Notes under the pieces: model-generated
The model's input: the letters and a program-made list of their open reading frames with translations, nothing else
Database searches by the model: none
Told to the model about the DNA's origin: nothing
Position numbers and translations under genes: made by a program
DNA from: Phaeosaccion multiseriatum
Taxonomy: Eukaryota > Protista > Ochrophyta, other classes
NCBI GenBank assembly: GCA_965112735.1
Contig: OZ218958.1
Coordinates: forward strand, 2,666,001-2,730,000
DNA: 64,000 nucleotides
Direction of reading: 5' to 3'
In this document: positions 46,490 to 58,941 of the stretch, one piece after another
Position numbering within the stretch: the first letter of the stretch is position 1
How the letters are laid out: each line of letters starts with the position of its first letter

Positions 46490-49400
46490 ATGACAGATGT
46501 GGACGAAGAAAGGGAAGGGATGGTATCGCTGTTTAAGTGCACCGGAGGAGATCAATGGACGGACAAGAATGGATGGAACGAAGTGTGCCCCAGCAGACCA
46601 TACTCAGATCCTTTCTACTACTGTGATCCAAACAAGAAGGGAGGTATACAAAGTCTCATCCTCCGCCATAACGGACTCAAAGGTGAGTGACGCGTTTGCT
46701 CTCACGGTCCTGGCTGAGGGGGTGTTAAAGGGGGGACTGCTGCTGCCCTTGTCCACACACAGGCACGATACCGGCCGAGCTGGGCCGATTACAGGCGCTG
46801 GAGTGGCTCTACCTTGATGGCAACAAGTTGACAGGTGGGTGATAGGCATGATACCATCCACATATCGTCCCTTCTTCTCATGTGGTCACAGTCCCGAGGG
46901 GCATTTTTAAGACGTGCCGCTGTTGCCCCTGTTCGCAGGCTCCGTACCGGCCGAGCTGGGCCGATTGCACGCGCTGAAGGACCTCCGCCTTAGTGGCAAC
47001 GAGCTGACCGGTATGTCACAGACACGCTACCGGCCACCTTGGTACATCCTTTCTTCTGCGGCCCACTGTACCACCTACCGTATCCTCTCCCCTTGTGTTC
47101 TCTCCCTGGCTGCGACAGGCACGATACCGGCCGAGCTGGGCCAATTACAGGCGCTGGAGCGGCTCTACCTTCATGGCAACAAGTTGACAGGTGGGTGATA
47201 GGCATGATACCATCCACAACTGTCCCTTCTAAGACGTGTTGCTGTTGCCCTGGCTGGTCCAAAGGCACGATACCGGCCGAGCTGGGCAAGTTGCACGTGC
47301 TGACGCACCTCTACCTTGATGGCAACAAGTTGACAGGTGGGTGATAGGCATCATACCATCCACACATCATCCCTTCTCCTCGTGTGCTCATAGTCCTGAG
47401 GAGAATATATTAAGACTTGTTGCTGTTGCCCCTGTTCGCAGGCTCGATACCGGCCGAGCTGGGTAAATTGCACGCGCTGGCGATCCTCTACCTTAACGGC
47501 AACAATTTGGCCGGTGGGTTGGCAAGGGTCCCTAAAGTATTCGACAACGAAGAAGATTGTGGCAGTCACTCATACAATCGCGACAAGTGCTGTAGTGTGT
47601 GCGTGTTGTCCCATTCCAAGCTCATCCCTTCGTCTCTCGGGTTGCATGTGCAGTTTTAAACACATCTGAGGTGAAGCACTGTCTCACTGTCTCACACGTT
47701 AGCGACGTCACGCGTTCTGTGCTGTTTCAAGTCTGACGGATTAAGAGGTGCGGTGATCTAACCCCCCCCCCCCTCTCCTGCCCCTGTCTGTTCCTTCCAC
47801 CTCAGGCAGCATTCCTGCGGAGCTTGGTGAGCTCCATAACCTTGGCGTTTTGAGCCTGGAAGGCAACCAACTCACAGGCTCGATTCCTGTGGAGCTTGGG
47901 TCTCTACTCAGCCTGACGATAGCCTCTTTTACTCCCGGGAACCCTTTTCTCTACGGTAAGCCCTCCTAGATGGTCCGCGAAGCCTCTTCACAGCTGTTCT
48001 GCTTGCTTGAATGACTATCCTTTTTCTCCTTACTCCATGCGATTGATTCGACTGTACTTCGGTTAAGCAAACCACGAGTACACTCCCCTGTGCTCGAGGA
48101 GGAGAGGACACCCCGCTCTGCCCTGGCCCCCTTCGTAGTAGGTGCAGCAATTGGTTGGCGTGACTGACTCTCTCTGCGCGACGACCTCTCTTCTTTGCGC
48201 GGCCCACAGGCAACCCCGGTAGGTTGGAAGGCCGGAACAAAGTGCAAATTTGGCAGAGAGACCTTCCGCGGACGATGGCGACGATCGAGAGAGATATAGC
48301 GCGCGACGAGCTGCAGATCGAGAGGGCCTGCTTCCTCACGCTCGAGGCTGAGCTTGAGCAGGAGAGACGAGATAGACAGTCTCTGACAGCACGACTCGAC
48401 ACGGCGAACAATAGCGATGCCGCTCTGAGGGCCAAGCTTCAGGAAGAGGGTGAAGCAGCGACCTTTCAGCGGACCAAGCTTGAAAGAGAGAACGCACTTC
48501 TGAAGGCGCAGCTGGAGGAGGCGCAAAGAGCGTCGATGTCCTCCGGGGTGGGCATGCTGCTGGCCGTCACGGACGCTGTAGCGGACACCAGAGGGCGCAT
48601 GCAGAAGGAGCACAGCACTGAGGTGCAGATGAAGCATCAGAGTGGGGGCATTGAGGAAAGGGCCCGACTTCCGACAGCCTCCTGGAGGGGTCTGCTCAAG
48701 GAGATAGAGTCCATGTCCAAAGGCGAAGGGACGCGGGACAGTGGCACAATCGGGGCAGAGGCTCTGGCTGAGGTGGTGCAGGAGGAAGAGCGGGCCACTA
48801 GGCACTGGGACTCTCTCAAGATGCATCAGAACATACTGAGGAAGTGGAGTCCGTCTGTGAGGAGGGGGGAGACTCGGACGGGAGAGGTCAGCATCGATGA
48901 GATCCAAGCGGCGTTGATTGGTACTGACGAGGCGCCTTATGCTGGGAAGAGCTTGGCTGAGGTCGTGGCTGCTCGAGATGGGCAGAGGAGAAGCCTTGTG
49001 GACGCGATGAGCCAGTTCCTATTGACATACGCGAGGCAAGAGCTGCCCAGCAAGGTCGACGCCGAGAAGAGAGAGATTGAGAAAGTAAAGGGTCTGCTAG
49101 CACCGCTGAGAGAATTCCAAGGAAGATTCGAGAAACTGCTGAAGAAGGACAAAGGGGAGGGCGAGGGCGTCGATGATAGCTTCGATATTGGTGCGCTGTG
49201 CACAGAGGCGCTGCAAGCCGTGAGGCAGTGGGAGGCAGCTCACGACCTCGCTGCCCTCGCGCAGGGTACTGACGGGCGCTGCAGAGAGCTGGGGGAGGCG
49301 CTGGTGAAAACGCTGGGGTGGCTGGGAGGCAGAAGCCCTGGAGCCGAGGAGCGAGCAGGAGCTGTGGGAGAGAGCGAGAAGTGGACGGCGACACACGGCG

Positions 49401-52400
49401 GTGCATTCAACTGGCGGTGGAGGCACAGGCGGCGGTCGACGACGAACAGAGGGGCAGAGAGGGCACCGACCTAAGCTCTTTGCTCGGCGACCTCCCGCTG
49501 ATTGCCGTCCTGAAGTCTGGGGAGGGCCTGCTCGCTTACCACCGGCAGAGGGTGGCGACAATGGAGGGACTGGGCACCAGGCAAGGCATCTTACTTGAGG
49601 TGCTTGCTCAGCAGCAGGAGGTACGTATCGCCTTTCACAACGCGCTCTGTTGTAGTGTTCCGACTCTCTCTCTCCCTCCGCTGGAAGATACTCGACGCAG
49701 AGGAGCGAAGGTGCTTCACGACGTGTGGCTCTGATGGAGTCCACTGCGTGTACCGCTGTGCACCTCCCTTCTCTGGAGAGGTGACACACTCTAACTAAGG
49801 CTTCCTCTGCCCTCCAGGTGGTGTCCAGCGCGTGCTACCCTCCCGACAACGGCGGACTCAAGGCCCTCCGCGGAGGCCTGCACGACCTCCAGGACGAGAT
49901 GGAAATGCTGAAGACCCGGATCCTCCAGAAGCAGCGCCGGGGAGAGCCTACTGACGGTCTGCAGGCAGAGCTGAAGCGCGTCATCTCTGACATCAATCAG
50001 AAGGTAGGGCGAGTGCTGTATGGGGTTGGCTTAGTGGGTCCGAAGAAGAGCTCTTGATCATCCTCTCTTGGGCACGCAGAGCCGCGCGACTGACGTCTCT
50101 CCTCTCCCGTTGGCTGTGCGGCTGTGCTCCCCTGCCCAAGTAGAAGCTAAGCCGGCGCATCATGGCGGAGGAGAGTAAGCTGTGTCGCCTGGCGCAGGAG
50201 CACTACCCCGAGCTGCTGCTGGAGGGCAGCGAGTGGGGCAAGGAGGTGCGCATTGACGTATCCTCCGTCGGGGCAGAGGCTCGGCGCCTGGGCTTGCTGG
50301 CGGATGGCCGGACGCTGCAGAGCTTTGCCAAGCAGACGCTGCTCTCCACGCAGGTGGGCAGGCGTGTCTACCTCGTGGAGGAGGCAGGGGACTCCATCGC
50401 AGAGCAGCAGCAGCCGCTCCGGCGGAAAACGGTGGTGAAAGAGTTCAACTTGAAGCTGGAACGGGACATGCGGCACTTCTACAGACAGGTGCGTCTGGCC
50501 TGTCCCTCTCATGCATGGCCGTGATGTACTGAGAAGTGAGGCCAAGCAAACGCACTCACGTCTGAGCCTGCTCTCCCCTCCTCCTCACCTCCCGCTCTGT
50601 GACCAACAGGTTGCCCTGCTGCACCAGCTGAGGCATCCCAATCTCGTGGGCGTGTGTGCTGTGTTCCAGGACCTCACGGTGGGCTCCTGCTACCTGCAGA
50701 TGCCGCACTATGGGGGAGGAGATCTCCGAGCTTGGATGGACGCCAACCCCGCCACGGCCAGAGATGCCGTCTTCTGCGCGCAGGTGTGCGTGTGTATGTG
50801 TGTGTGTGTGTGTATGTGTGTGTGTGCGTGCGTGCGTGTGTGTGTGTGTGTGCGTGCGTGCGTGTGTGTGTGTGTGTGTGGACAGGGGGTGGACAGGGGG
50901 TGGACTTTGCGTGGATCAGAGTCAAGCACCCCGCCCGAATGTATGTTCAGTTCTATCTATCCACTGAGCGTCTCTTCGCTTCTGTCCGCCGTCCGCGCCT
51001 CGCAGATTCTGAGCGACGTGTTGGCAGGGCTGCACCACCTTCACGCAAACGGCCTCGTGCACTGCGACCTCAAGCCCTCCAACGTGCTGCTCACCACGCG
51101 AGGCACCGCCGTGCTGTCGGACATTGACGGGCTACGCAAGGAGGATGATTTGGCCAGCAGCATGGGATCGACCACTTTTGTAGGGGGCATCCAGGGAACT
51201 ATGCGCTATCTCCCTCCAGAGCTGCTGCAACCGCCAGGCACGTGTGTGGTGAAGAACATCATCACTCCAAGCGTCGACATGTTCGCTTTCGGGAGGGTTG
51301 CGGAGGAGCTGCTGCAAGAAGGGGTGCAGCTCAGTTGGCGAAGGGGGAAAGGAGGCGACAGGAAGGAAGAGCACCGCAGGAGATGCGACTCGCTCAAAGG
51401 CTTGGTCGCTGCACTGGTGGCTGATGACCCGGCCAAGAGGATGAGCAGCTCGGACGCGCTGGCCCACCCTCTCTTGGTGGAGCTCGGTAGGAGGGCCGCG
51501 GAGGGAGAGGACAGGGTGAAGCAGCGCAAGCTCCAGTGCGTCATCTGCTTTGACACATTTCTCGCTGCGGAGGGGGTGCAATGCGACGCGGAGCACTTCA
51601 TATGCGACGAATGCCTGGAAGGGTACACCACGGCTAAGAGCGAGCCTGCAGAGAGGAAGGCGCTGTACCAGGGAGGGCTGCAATGTCCCCAGCCTGGCTG
51701 CGCAATGCCCTTCGAAGGACACACCATTGCTAGCCACGTGTCCGCCTCCGTGTATGAGGCATATCGCACGGCGCTGAACGCGGGGCTGGAGACCAAGGTT
51801 GTGCAAGACATGGAGAGAGTTCACGAGGTGAGGATGCAGGTGGGGGTGAGGGTGGTATTGGCTGCGTTTGGTGTGTTTATGCCGTTCTGACGGGCGAGCT
51901 ATTCATGTGGACTGTGTGGCTGGCGACTGTGTGGCTTTTCCTCACCGTTGCTGTCTTTCCTTGCTCGCCATTTGCGCCCCCTCGCTGAGCAGGAGAGGCT
52001 GGAGGCGATGCGCAGAGACTTTGCCAATCGATCGGCAGCCGACGCCCTCGAGGAGGAGGCCCGCCAGCACTCGCTCCGCGTCATCGAAACGGTCATCAAC
52101 CTGGCCTGCCCACGCTGCAAGCAGGCCTTCGTGGACTTCATCGGCTGCTTCGCCCTCAAGTGTGGCCGCTGTTCTGCGGGCTTTTGCGCCTTCTACCTCG
52201 CGGACTGCGGTAGGGACGCTCACAGACACTTGGCATCATGTGCTCTGAACCGGACTCGAAGTGTATGGGGCAGCCGCCACGTCTTCAAGGCCGCCCAGAA
52301 GGGCAGGAGGGAGAAGCTGCTGGCGGCCTACCTGCAGCCTCTGCGGGCAGAGATGCGCGTCAGGGTGATGGAGCTGCTCCAGCCGCACGTCAAGGGTCTG

Positions 52401-52430
52401 GGCCTCTCCATGGGAGGGCCAGGAAACTGA
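46490..52430 (+). CDS. LRR - coiled coil - Ser/Thr kinase - RING - Rcat/RING2-like multidomain protein; about 13 exons; apparent frameshift near 49405 (possible pseudogene); alternative start at 46448
   Basis: LRR N-cap [23 protein letters not shown]; plant-type 24-aa LRRs ([24 protein letters not shown]); kinase [43 protein letters not shown]; [25 protein letters not shown]; CPRC...[10 protein letters not shown]...FC. Confidence 0.85.
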
Positions 52431-53071
52431 AACCGACAACAGGAGGCAGGGCAGGGCGGCAGGGGGGCTCATGAAATATGTAGAGGGCTTGAAAGAGTGT
52501 GTTGTGCCTAGTCTAGTGTATTGTGTGGATCAGCAGCTTCAGAGGAAGACAGCTACGCACGGAGTTAGCAGTACGTGAGGAACGTTCTTCGCGGATCGCT
52601 GATGCGCGTCTTCTCCCATCGCGTCCTCGATGGGACAACTTGCCCTGAATCAAGTCATCCTCCATAGTGAGATCCAGCAGGCTGTGACGTATGACTGCGA
52701 TCCAACGAATGACGACATCAGGGACGACATATGATCGCTGTGTATGGTAATGTACTCGTTAAGGAAAACATTGTGCCTGATACGATACATCTCCACGCCA
52801 TACGCACTGAGTTTGTCGTGAACGATTTGCTCTCGTCCTTCACCAGCCTCGGCATGGATCCGTTCCCTTTCGCGTCTTTCATTAACACTTTTGTCGCACC
52901 TCGACAAGGTTACCCCCGTTCAAAATGCAGTTACGTCTTGCCTGCTGCTGCCTGCTGCTGTCTTGCTTGCCCCACTAGCCCTTCCAATCCGAGATCAGAC
53001 ACAGGCACACGCACACACACACGCACGCACGCACGCACGCACGGCCATCTTCCTCGGCATCGTCATCACCC

Positions 53072-53656
53072 TCACCCCCTCTTCTGGCCCCACATTCCTT
53101 CGGGCTCCGGCGATCTCATCCTCGTCCTGACCCCAGGCACTCCACCTGCCTCACCTGCTGGCGCTGTACCACCAACTTCTGCTGCTCCTCCTGTTGCTCC
53201 TTCTCCACGACTGACTACCTCACCACTCCCACCACGACCACGTCCCGCAGCCCCAGGGGGCGGATTCGAAGAGGAGGCTTCCCCACCCCCTCCAGCCGCA
53301 GCCGCCACCCCTGTCACAGTCGGCGAGAGGTCGTACCATTCCTCCCCTATTCCTCCGTCCATGCCAGCTACTGAAGGAGCTCGCTTGTCCCTCATGTAGT
53401 CGTCTTCGTCAAAGGGCTCCGGTGCCCCCCCGGGTCGCATGAAGCTCTCTCTCTTGAAGGTGCCCCCCTTGCGGCCGTAGAGCTGAAGCCGCTGGGCCCC
53501 TCCCAGCTGGGCATCTGTGGGATAGAGGGATAGGATTGATGGATGGATAGATAGATATAAAGGAAGCGCCGATCGTGAGGTGCGTGCGATAGACCGGTGG
53601 GTGCGTGGGTGGGTGGCAGAGAGATATGGTGGTGGGACACAAGCAGTAGGAGCAGC

Positions 53657-53689
<33 letters not shown>

Positions 53690-56600
53690 AGAAGTGATGA
53701 GGGAACGGGGTCCAAATCTAAATTGCACTTGTCGAAAGACAAAGGATTCTCCCACTGGTTGGACCCCAATATGGCTAATACACTCCCTCCCTCCCTCCCT
53801 CCCTCCCTGCCTCTGTACCACCAACTCGCTCACCTTCGAGCTGCTCATCTGTGACATTGACCGCCCTGGCTGCGAGCTCCGCGTCTCTGACTGTGCGGTG
53901 GCGGCGCTCTCTGTCAGGGTGCGTGGCCCCTGTCCCCCCCATCATGTCTCCGCTCACGGGGAAGCCCCCGCCGGGGACGCCCGCCATGCCGCCCCCGAAG
54001 ATAGAGGAAGGTGGTGCTGTAGTGGATGGCAGTGTATGGATGGATGGATGGATGGAGAAGCGGGTCAGGTGGATGGCAGTGGATGGGTGGATGGATAGGC
54101 GTATGAGGTGGATGGCACTGGATGGATTGGAACATACAACAACAACAGAACAACAACAAACGGAAGATGCTAATGGCACACAATGAAAAGACGCCCAATA
54201 AGGAGAGAACCAAGCGTGAGTGCCGTAGAAACCCACGCGCCACCCACCTATCGGACCGGAGGGCCGACCCACGTCCTCAAGCCCCCCGTCAAGCTCGTCA
54301 AGGTCTTCGTGTCCACCCTCCTCTCCGAAGGAAGCTCTGCGCACGACCCTCCTCCCCTGCAGTGCTCCTCCTCCTCCTCCTCCTCCTCCTCCTCCTCCTC
54401 CTCCTGGTGGTGCTGCTCCTCCGCCTCCCGCTTGGCCTACTATTCCCGAGCCCATAAGGCCCGCTCCCCCTCCTCCTCCTCCCGCTACGCCTGCTGCTTC
54501 CCTTCCCGCTCCTCCTCCTACTGCCTCCCCTCCTACCTCCCCTCCGCCCCGTCCCCCCACACCCACACCCCCCACGTCTCCTCCTGCCCCGGCAGCCTCT
54601 AGCTTGACAAGCTGCTCCACCGCCTTGAGGTTGGTGGCTGCAGCTCCCATGCTCGCAAGGTTGGTGGCTGGAGCCCCCGCACTCGCAAGCGGACGCAGCC
54701 CCCCGGGGATGCATACGCTATCCGTACCACCACCACCACCACCACCACCACCACCACCACCACCACCACCACCACCATCACCGCCACCATGGACTGCCAT
54801 CCCGCCACCGCTAATATTATTCATCTCGGTCAAAGTCTCAGGCGAAATCAGCCCCGTGTTGACACTCGCTGTGCCACTCTTGTGCAGGAAGCCGAGGAAC
54901 GGTCCTCCTGCCGGTGGAATGGTCTGTCCTCCCCCGGGCCCGTCTGCTGCCATCCCTACCACCCCTGTCATCCCCTCTGCCCCCCGTATTGTGGATGCCT
55001 GGCCGAACATCCCTCCTCCTCCTCCTCCTCCTCCTTCTCCTCCTCCCTCTCCTCTTCCTCCTCCTTCTTCTCCTCCCTGCTCTCGCCATCCACTGACATC
55101 TCCTGATCCTACTGTTCGAGCGGCAGGCGCCAAACCATCTGCTACCATCCCTCTTGGCTCCCCCAGAATGTTCGCGCCGACGCTTCGGGCGGAGCGCAGC
55201 GCACTGCTCCCGCCCTGTGCCTGTGTGTGTGTGTGAGAGAGAGACAGAGAGAGAGAGTGTGTGTGTGTGCGGAGGATGTGCAGAAAGGGTGCAACGAGGT
55301 GATGAATGAACGGACGAACGAAGGAACGAAACTTGTTGTGAAACACGTCAAGTATATACCCCTATAGCTACCCCTTACATAACCTTACGTAATAACCTTA
55401 CGTAACGCTACTTAGGTGCACACATCGTACCTCCAGGCTGTGCATAAGCTTCTGATAGACGCTGGTGGTGCGTGCGTAGAGCGATGCGTTGAGCACAAAG
55501 AAGATGCTCTGGTCTGTGAACTCCAACTCACCCCCCACCTGGATAAGTCAATGAAGTCATGTAGGTTATTAAAGGAAGCCACGGGAGTATGAAGGGGTTT
55601 GGGAGAGGGAAATGGGGAGTGAGAGGGGGGGAGAGAGAGGGACAGGAGGGAGAGAGAGGGAGAGAGAGAGAGAAAGGAAAACAGAGAGACGGAGATACAG
55701 CGGACATAGACACGCAGGTTGACGTGTGGTCCGTGAACTCAAGCTCGTGTGTATGAGCGTGTACATGCATGAAATAAGCCCTCCTGACACCCAAGTGCTG
55801 CAACCCCACGTACCCAAGTGCTGACACCAGGTACCCAAGTGCTGATACCAAGCACCACAGTGATGACACACCCTTACCTTTGACACCATACACACGGCGT
55901 CGTGCTGCGGAATGGAGTCGATGGCCAGAGTGGGCACACGCGCAAGCAGCCTGATGGATGGCAGTGGATGGGCCGTGGATGGCAGTGGATGGGGGTAAGA
56001 GGGTGGCGAGCTTTGAGTAAAAGAGAGCGGTCGGGGAAAGGCCTTCATTCACCGGAGGGGGGCCAATTGCACTGCGCACTTGGTGCATGAGTGTGTGCGT
56101 GCGCCCCGTGTGTGTGTGCGTGCGTGCGTGCGTGTGGGTGCGGGTATATGTGTGTGTGCATGTGCGTGCATGTGCGTGCGTGTATGCCGTGCACTGCCAG
56201 ACTCAAGACTGTGGCAAAACTCAAACGTAACGCTCAAACTCAAAACTCACCTCCCCTTGAGCAGGATGATGTGCGAGCCCCGTGGCACCGTGTAGCGATG
56301 CACAATTGGCTGCTCCTCGCCTCCCCCAAACTTGCCGCCGTCTCTGCTGTCTTCCCCCAAAGCCGACAGATGATGGGTGCTGTCATTGCGGCGGAAGAGC
56401 CGCCCATGGATTGAGTCGTCGAGGCTGTGGCGCAGCTTGTGCCTACTGGTGTGCACCACATGCTTCAGCCCCGAAGAGAGCGAAGCGCGGGGCTTTTGGA
56501 CGGTAGGAGCAGCAGCAGCTGCAGCAGTTGGTGCTACAGCGGCGGCCTGGCGTGTGTGGGCCTCTCCTCCTCCTCCTTCTCCTCCTCCTTCTCCTCCTGC

Positions 56601-58037
56601 TACCGCTGCCACCATCATCCCCGCCTCCTCCTCTCCCTTACTCTCTCCACCGCCCCCTACATAGAGCGCCGCCGCGTGGGAAGAGCCCCCTCCGGTCCCA
56701 CCCGCAGCCGTAGCGGCAGCAGAAGCCGCAGCCTTCTTGCGATGACTGCTGCTGCTCACCACAGCGGCGCCTGCTGCCTTGTGCCTGGTGTGCCTGCTGC
56801 CCCACCCGCCGGCGCTGAGTCTCCGATGGCGACTGCCGATGAAGCCCTCCACACCCTCCGCCTTCTCGCGCAGCTCTGCGAAGTCGGCGCTGTGCACCAC
56901 CTACGGCGTCATGGAGAGGGTGTGTGAGTGTGTGGGTGGGTGTGGGTGGGGGAGTGGGTGGGTGAGTGAGTGAGTACGTGGGTTGGTGGGGGAGTGGGTG
57001 GGTGGGTGAATGAGTGGGTGGGTGGGTATGTGTGTGTGGGTGAGTGAGCGGGGTGGGTGGAGGGGTGAGCGGGTGAGTGGGTGAGTGGTTGGGTGGGTGG
57101 GTGGGTGAGTGGTTGGGGGGGGGGGTGAGGTAGTGAGTGAGTTTCGAATGGGAGGAAGGAAGGGAGAGTGTGAGTGAGGTAGTGAATACGTGTCGAATGG
57201 GAGGAAGGAAGGGACAGTGTGAGTGAGGTAGAGAATACGTGTCGAATGGGAGTAAGGAAGGGAGAAAGCCGATGTCGATATAGACATGAAGGAACACAAA
57301 AGTAGCGCAGCGCGCACGCTCCCGCTCCCGCCTCCTTCCTTCCTTCCTTCCTTCCTTCCTTCCTTCCTTCCTTCCTTCCTTCCCACCACCTACCTCACCC
57401 ACCCACACCTACCCACACACCACCCACCCCACACACACACACCTGATAGACTTGCGTGAGCGGCATGCGTCGAAAGCCCTTTTGATGCCTCACCACGGAC
57501 ACCGCCAGGCTCGCCCACAGCCCCCTCTTGAGCGGCGGATACCTCTCCGCCAGGTGCATCATCTCGGTCTTGTCAAAGAAGAACAGGTGCACAAAGGAGG
57601 AGGTGACATAGGTGGATCGGTAGGGCTTGTCCAGCAGTTGGTCATCCATCCCAAACACCGTGCCCGAGTGCAGCAGTCGCTCTTTGTAATCCGCCCCCTC
57701 CTCTCCAGGGGGGAGGGTAGAGGAAGGCGCATCTGCACCACCTCCTCCTCCGGCGTCCCCGGACTCATCCGCGTCTGCCTGACTCTGGTACGTGCTGTTG
57801 AAAGAGTTGAGGAGGAGCTTGCTGCTCTCGTCAACACCACTCCCCAATCCTCCACCGGCCGTTGAGCTCGTGAGGGTTGTGATTTGGCGCACAGAGCCGC
57901 GGCAGACGACGAACCACCCGGCGCGGTCGTGACCCTTGGCCTTGGAGCATTGCTCCTGAGAGAGGGGAGGGAGAGGAGGGAGGGAGGGGAGGGGGCGGTG
58001 GTCAAAGCGAGAGGCTGAGGGTACCCACTGAAGGATC

Positions 58038-58087
<50 letters not shown>

Positions 58088-58909
58088 CACATATTGACAC
58101 ACACATGCCCCCCCAACACACACATACACGCACATATTGACATACGCACACACACACACTCTCTCTCTCTCCCTTCCCCTGACCTTCAGGAGTGTGACGC
58201 TGCTTCCGTAGAACTCCTCCCGGATGGCACTCGAATGGCCAATGACGGCCTCGAGCTCATCGGGGGACAGGTAGGAGAAGAAGGGAACGTCCTTCAGCAG
58301 GGTAAGGCGGTCCGGGATGTGGTCCTGCCACCCCGCAACGGTTGAGGCAATTGTGAGTAGAGTAGGGTAGAGCAGTTGGTGATACAGCAGCAGGAGGGAG
58401 AGAAGAGCCGCCGTGGGAAGGGATGAGAGGGAGGGGGGCAGTGAACGCGACCGTGAGAGTGACGCGACGAGAGGGGTGACGATGAAACTAAAACTGAAAC
58501 TGAAATTGAACATTCTGCTACTCTGGATGTGAACTTGTTGCTGTATTCCGTCCTCCTCATTTAGTCTCACTTAGCCTTACATAAGCGTTACGTACCCTGT
58601 GTGGATGGTAGTCGAGCTTGACCCTTGCGGTGTTGTTCCTGTGCGTAAGCGTTTCGTACTCCCTCTCGTTGATGTACCCGTGATGGAAGATCTCCTCCAC
58701 CACCTCGCGATGCTTCACCAGCATGAAGCGACAGGCGCCCGCGGTCTTGACCGATCGTGCGAGCTCCGGAAAGACAGGGAGCTGCTCCTTTAGCGTGTTG
58801 CGAGCTCGATTGAGCTGAGAGAGGGAAGAGGGGGGAGGGCAGACACACAGATGCAAATACATGAGGCGGAGAAAGGGACGGCACATGCAGGGACATATCG
58901 GAGAGGGAC

Positions 58910-58941
<32 letters not shown>

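Noticed and set aside
52650-52907. Short minus-strand ORF between the LRR-kinase gene and the SOS1-like 3' end, considered as a transposase fragment or element end
   Set aside because: No recognisable motif, and no copy of the 45900 inverted repeat nearby.
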